A DNA stretch of 64,000 bases from Candidatus Marinacidobacterium sp. (GTDB lineage: Bacteria; Acidobacteriota; Vicinamibacteria; Marinacidobacterales; Marinacidobacteraceae), in NCBI GenBank assembly GCA_965204755.1, contig OZ242011.1, positions 1,984,001 to 2,048,000 on the forward strand, written 5' to 3'. The notes under the pieces were generated by a model. The model was given only the letters and a program-made list of their open reading frames with translations. It ran no database searches and was not told where the DNA came from. A program made the translations under genes and the position numbers. Positions 61,498-64,000 of the stretch are shown piece after piece. Every line of letters begins with the position of its first letter. Position 1 is the stretch's first letter.

Positions 61498-61920
61498 GAA
61501 TTGTGTATAGCTGCCGACGGGCGGCGGCGAATTGTGTATAGCTGACCGGTCGGCGGCGAATTGTGTATAGCTCCGGCCTGGCGGCGCGGAATTGTGTATA
61601 GCTCGGGCTCGGCGGCGCGGAATTGTGTATAGCTGCCGGAACCGCGCTCCGAATTGTGTATAGCTTCGGATCGGCGCTCCGGATCGCGCAGGGACGCCCC
61701 CGGTGCGCCCCGGAGGGCGCGCATCGGCCCGAATTCACCCGGAATCGCGTGTGTACGCCGGTGTAGATGCCCCGGATCGCCTACGGCCGCAAGGGGTTGA
61801 GCGGAATTGTGTATAGCTGCCCGGAATTGTGTATAGCTCGACCGAATTGTGTATAGCTGCCGCGCGAATTGTGTATAGCTGCCGCGAATTGTGTATAGGT
61901 GCCGGGAATTGTGTATAGGT
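61498..61920. repeat. Array of 12 direct repeats GAATTGTGTATAG(C/G)T in two phased clusters
   Basis: Starts at 61498, 61529, 61558, 61589, 61620, 61651 (period ~31) and 61804, 61824, 61844, 61866, 61886, 61906 (period 20-22). Confidence 0.95.
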
Positions 61921-62013
61921 GGACGACTCCGCTCCCGCGGGGCGCCGGGGGGTCTGCGCGATCCGCCGGCGGCGCGGAGGGCGGCTGGTAGGGTTGCCTC
62001 GCGGCGGGTGAGC

Positions 62014-63135
62014 ATGGCGGATCGGCAACTCCTCCCGGACTCTCCCGAGGAACCCCCCGGACTCGACCGGATCCGCGGGTGGCTTCGCCGGCCGCGCCCC
62101 CGGCTGCGGGCGGTCTGGCTCTGGTTGCGCTGGCTCGGTCGGGGAATCGCCGGCGGCGCGGGCTGGGTCGGCCGGAACGCGCTGCCGGCGGCGCGGGGCG
62201 TGGGCCGGATCGCCGCCGGCGGAGCGAGGGTGGCGCGCGCCGCCGCGCACATCGGCCGGAGCGCCGGGAAGGTCGGCGCGAGTCTGGGCGAGATGGGGAG
62301 CGGGATGAGCGCCGCCGGCGGCCGGTTCGGGCGGATCGGTTCGGCGCTCTCGAACGCCGGCGGGCGCGTGCGCCGGTTCGGCCGGGGACTCCGCCGCACC
62401 GGCCGGGGCGCCGCCGAAGGCCTCGACAGCGTGTCCGTCCTGGGGCGTCACCTCGAATCCGACGCCCCCCTCGGCCCCCCGCCCGCGGAGGAACTCCCGC
62501 CCCCGGCGCCCGAGGAACCGGAGAGCGGGTCGCCGCCCGTCGAACCGCCGCGGACGCCGCGCACCCGGAAGACCGCGAGTTCCGCGACCGCCTCTTCCGC
62601 CCCGCCGCCGACCCCGCCCGAACCGGCGCAACCCGAACCGCCTGCGGAAGCGGATCGGCCCGCGAAGCCGGCCGCCGGCGCCGCCCGGAAGGCCGCCGCG
62701 AAGCGGAAGCGGAAGCGGTCTTCGCCGCCGCCCGCCCCCACGCCGGCGAAGGAGACCGACGCCCCGCCGAAGGCGAGAGACGAACCGCCGAAGGCGAGGG
62801 ACGAACCGCCGAAGAAGAGCGACGCCGCGCCGAAGGCGCCGCCCGAAACCCCGCCCTCCGACGCCGTGCCGGACGCGCTGCCCGAAGCCTTGCGAGCCCG
62901 CATCGCGGCCCTCGGCAAACGGCCCCGCAAGCAGGCGCTCCGGTCCCTCATCCTGGACATCTGCCGCGTCCGCGAGTGGACGACCGCCACCGAACTGGCC
63001 GCCATCCTCGGGGTGGGCCGGCGGTCGCTCTCCACCCGCCACATCGCCCCGATGGCCGACGCCGGCCTCCTCGAACGGCGCTACCCCGACAACCCCACCA
63101 ACCCCGCCCAGGCCTACCGCGCCCCCGCCGCGTGA
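62014..63135 (+). CDS. Protein with Gly/Arg amphipathic N-terminus, Pro/Ala/Lys linker and C-terminal winged-HTH
   Basis: C-term LILDICRVREWTTATELAAILG..RHIAPMADAGLLERRYPDNPTNPAQAYR resembles the wHTH tail of Fic/AlbA-RecG-like proteins. Confidence 0.7.
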   Translation: MADRQLLPDSPEEPPGLDRIRGWLRRPRPRLRAVWLWLRWLGRGIAGGAGWVGRNALPAARGVGRIAAGGARVARAAAHIGRSAGKVGASLGEMGSGMSAAGGRFGRIGSALSNAGGRVRRFGRGLRRTGRGAAEGLDSVSVLGRHLESDAPLGPPPAEELPPPAPEEPESGSPPVEPPRTPRTRKTASSATASSAPPPTPPEPAQPEPPAEADRPAKPAAGAARKAAAKRKRKRSSPPPAPTPAKETDAPPKARDEPPKARDEPPKKSDAAPKAPPETPPSDAVPDALPEALRARIAALGKRPRKQALRSLILDICRVREWTTATELAAILGVGRRSLSTRHIAPMADAGLLERRYPDNPTNPAQAYRAPAA

Positions 63136-63728
63136 ACCCCCCTCCCGGCCCCGTCCGTCCCCGCCCCGCGTCCGCCGCGCGAGCCCTGCCGCCCCGGCTC
63201 ACCAAGTGGCAGGTCGCCGTCGCCGCCCTCTACCGCCTGCGCGGCGCCGTCGTCCGCCGAGACAGCGAGGACATCGCGCTCGAATGTTTCGAGTTGGCCC
63301 CCCGCCGGTTCGGCTGGCGATCCCATCCCCAGTTGGCGCCGGCCCGCGCCGCCCTCCGCGCCGCGCGCCGCTCCGCCCTCATCTCCGGCGACCACGCCGG
63401 CTGGCTGCTGACCCCCGCCGGCGTTTCCTGGTGCGAAGCCCACTTGCCGGAAGCGAAGCCGCGGCGCCGGCTGCGCGGCTGGTCCGCGCTGGAACGGCGC
63501 GAAGCCGAAGCGTTGCGCCGCCTGCTGCGCCAGCCCCTCCATACCTGCTGGAAGTCCGGGCAGCGCGCGCCCACGCTGCCGGAAGTGGCCCACACCCTCG
63601 GTTACACCGCCGACACCCCGGTCGCCGCCGTGCTACGCCGCCTGGACGACCTGTCCGCCCTCGCCCGATTCGCCGACCTCTCCGAAGTCCGGCGCTACCT
63701 GGACTGGCTCCGAAGCGGCGCCGCCTGA
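63132..63728 (+). CDS. Hypothetical winged-helix-like protein
   Basis: VAALYRLRG..SEDIALECFELAPRRFGW..GWLLTPAG; GTGA-coupled. Confidence 0.6.
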   Translation: MNPPPGPVRPRPASAARALPPRLTKWQVAVAALYRLRGAVVRRDSEDIALECFELAPRRFGWRSHPQLAPARAALRAARRSALISGDHAGWLLTPAGVSWCEAHLPEAKPRRRLRGWSALERREAEALRRLLRQPLHTCWKSGQRAPTLPEVAHTLGYTADTPVAAVLRRLDDLSALARFADLSEVRRYLDWLRSGAA

Positions 63729-63750
63729 AGTCCCGGCGGCCGCCTGCTGG

Positions 63751-64000
63751 TCAGGTTCGGACCCACCGGTACACGCACTTGCGGATCTCCCGTCGGCCGA
63801 ACCGCCCCATCTGCTGGCTGGCGTTTCCCTTGCCGCGCGGCAGGACGCGGATGCTTTCGCAGGCGAAGCCGACCGTTTCGGCGAAGTCGGAGAGGATCAG
63901 GTCCACCGGCGCTTCTTCGCCGTGGTACTGGACATTGTCGTTGACCATCGCGACGACGCCGCCCGACCGGACGACGCGGGACAGTTCGCAGATGACGACC
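63751..64000 (-). CDS. C-terminus of a site-specific amino-DNA methyltransferase (possibly N4-C, AvaI/BsoBI-type)
   Basis: ELSRVVRSGGVVAMVNDNVQYHGEEAPVDLILSDFAE..GKGNASQQMG..RKCVY; runs off the window edge. Confidence 0.6.
   Translation of the reverse strand, partial: VVICELSRVVRSGGVVAMVNDNVQYHGEEAPVDLILSDFAETVGFACESIRVLPRGKGNASQQMGRFGRREIRKCVYRWVRT

Noticed and set aside
61498-61920. CRISPR array
   Set aside because: The repeat is only 15 bp, spacers are 5-16 bp and similar to each other, and no cas genes are in the window
61413-62399. Minus-strand ORFs translating the array (YTQF/LYTI/IHNS repeats)
   Set aside because: The repeat periods (29, 31, 20, 22) are not multiples of three, so conservation is at the DNA level rather than the protein level

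Overview
Very GC-rich bacterial chromosomal DNA (roughly 70% GC by eye). An Acidobacteriota-like origin is inferred from a GWxTD protein and several carboxypeptidase-regulatory-like/TonB-type proteins. Left part: housekeeping genes (xerC, pncB, nicotinamidase-like, serS, tRNA-Ser, TPR protein, tRNA-Gln). From ~5.6 to 33.5 kb, between tRNA-Gln and tRNA-Ser(GCT), lies a defence island. Its backbone is an XRE-SNF2-DUF3883 helicase, a DUF1156 adenine methyltransferase and a DUF499 ATPase, split by translationally coupled cargo: two DUF262+HEPN cassettes, an AlbA_2 protein, a small protein/PIN pair, and an expanding and decaying set of Mad3-like ATPase/Mad4-like pairs. A DUF5131/TcmP pair sits at its left edge. 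Right part: TonB receptors, GWxTD protein, sigma-54 two-component system, eno, TRAP transporter, tRNA-Ala, tRNA-Sec, DUF1998 helicase/RNase-H-like pair, moaDE, thiD. The most unusual signals are four. (1) A 12-copy, helically phased array of GAATTGTGTATAGCT (DnaA-box-like core, carrying AGCT) upstream of an amphipathic-helix/linker/wHTH protein and a second wHTH gene. (2) Apparent window-wide depletion of AGCT and ACGT with a 5mC-deamination-like signature, from which the array is exempt. (3) A ~220-bp MITE that appears to be read in frame at the N-terminus of a histidine kinase. (4) The paralogue accordion inside the defence island. All family calls are by motif recognition, not database searches.
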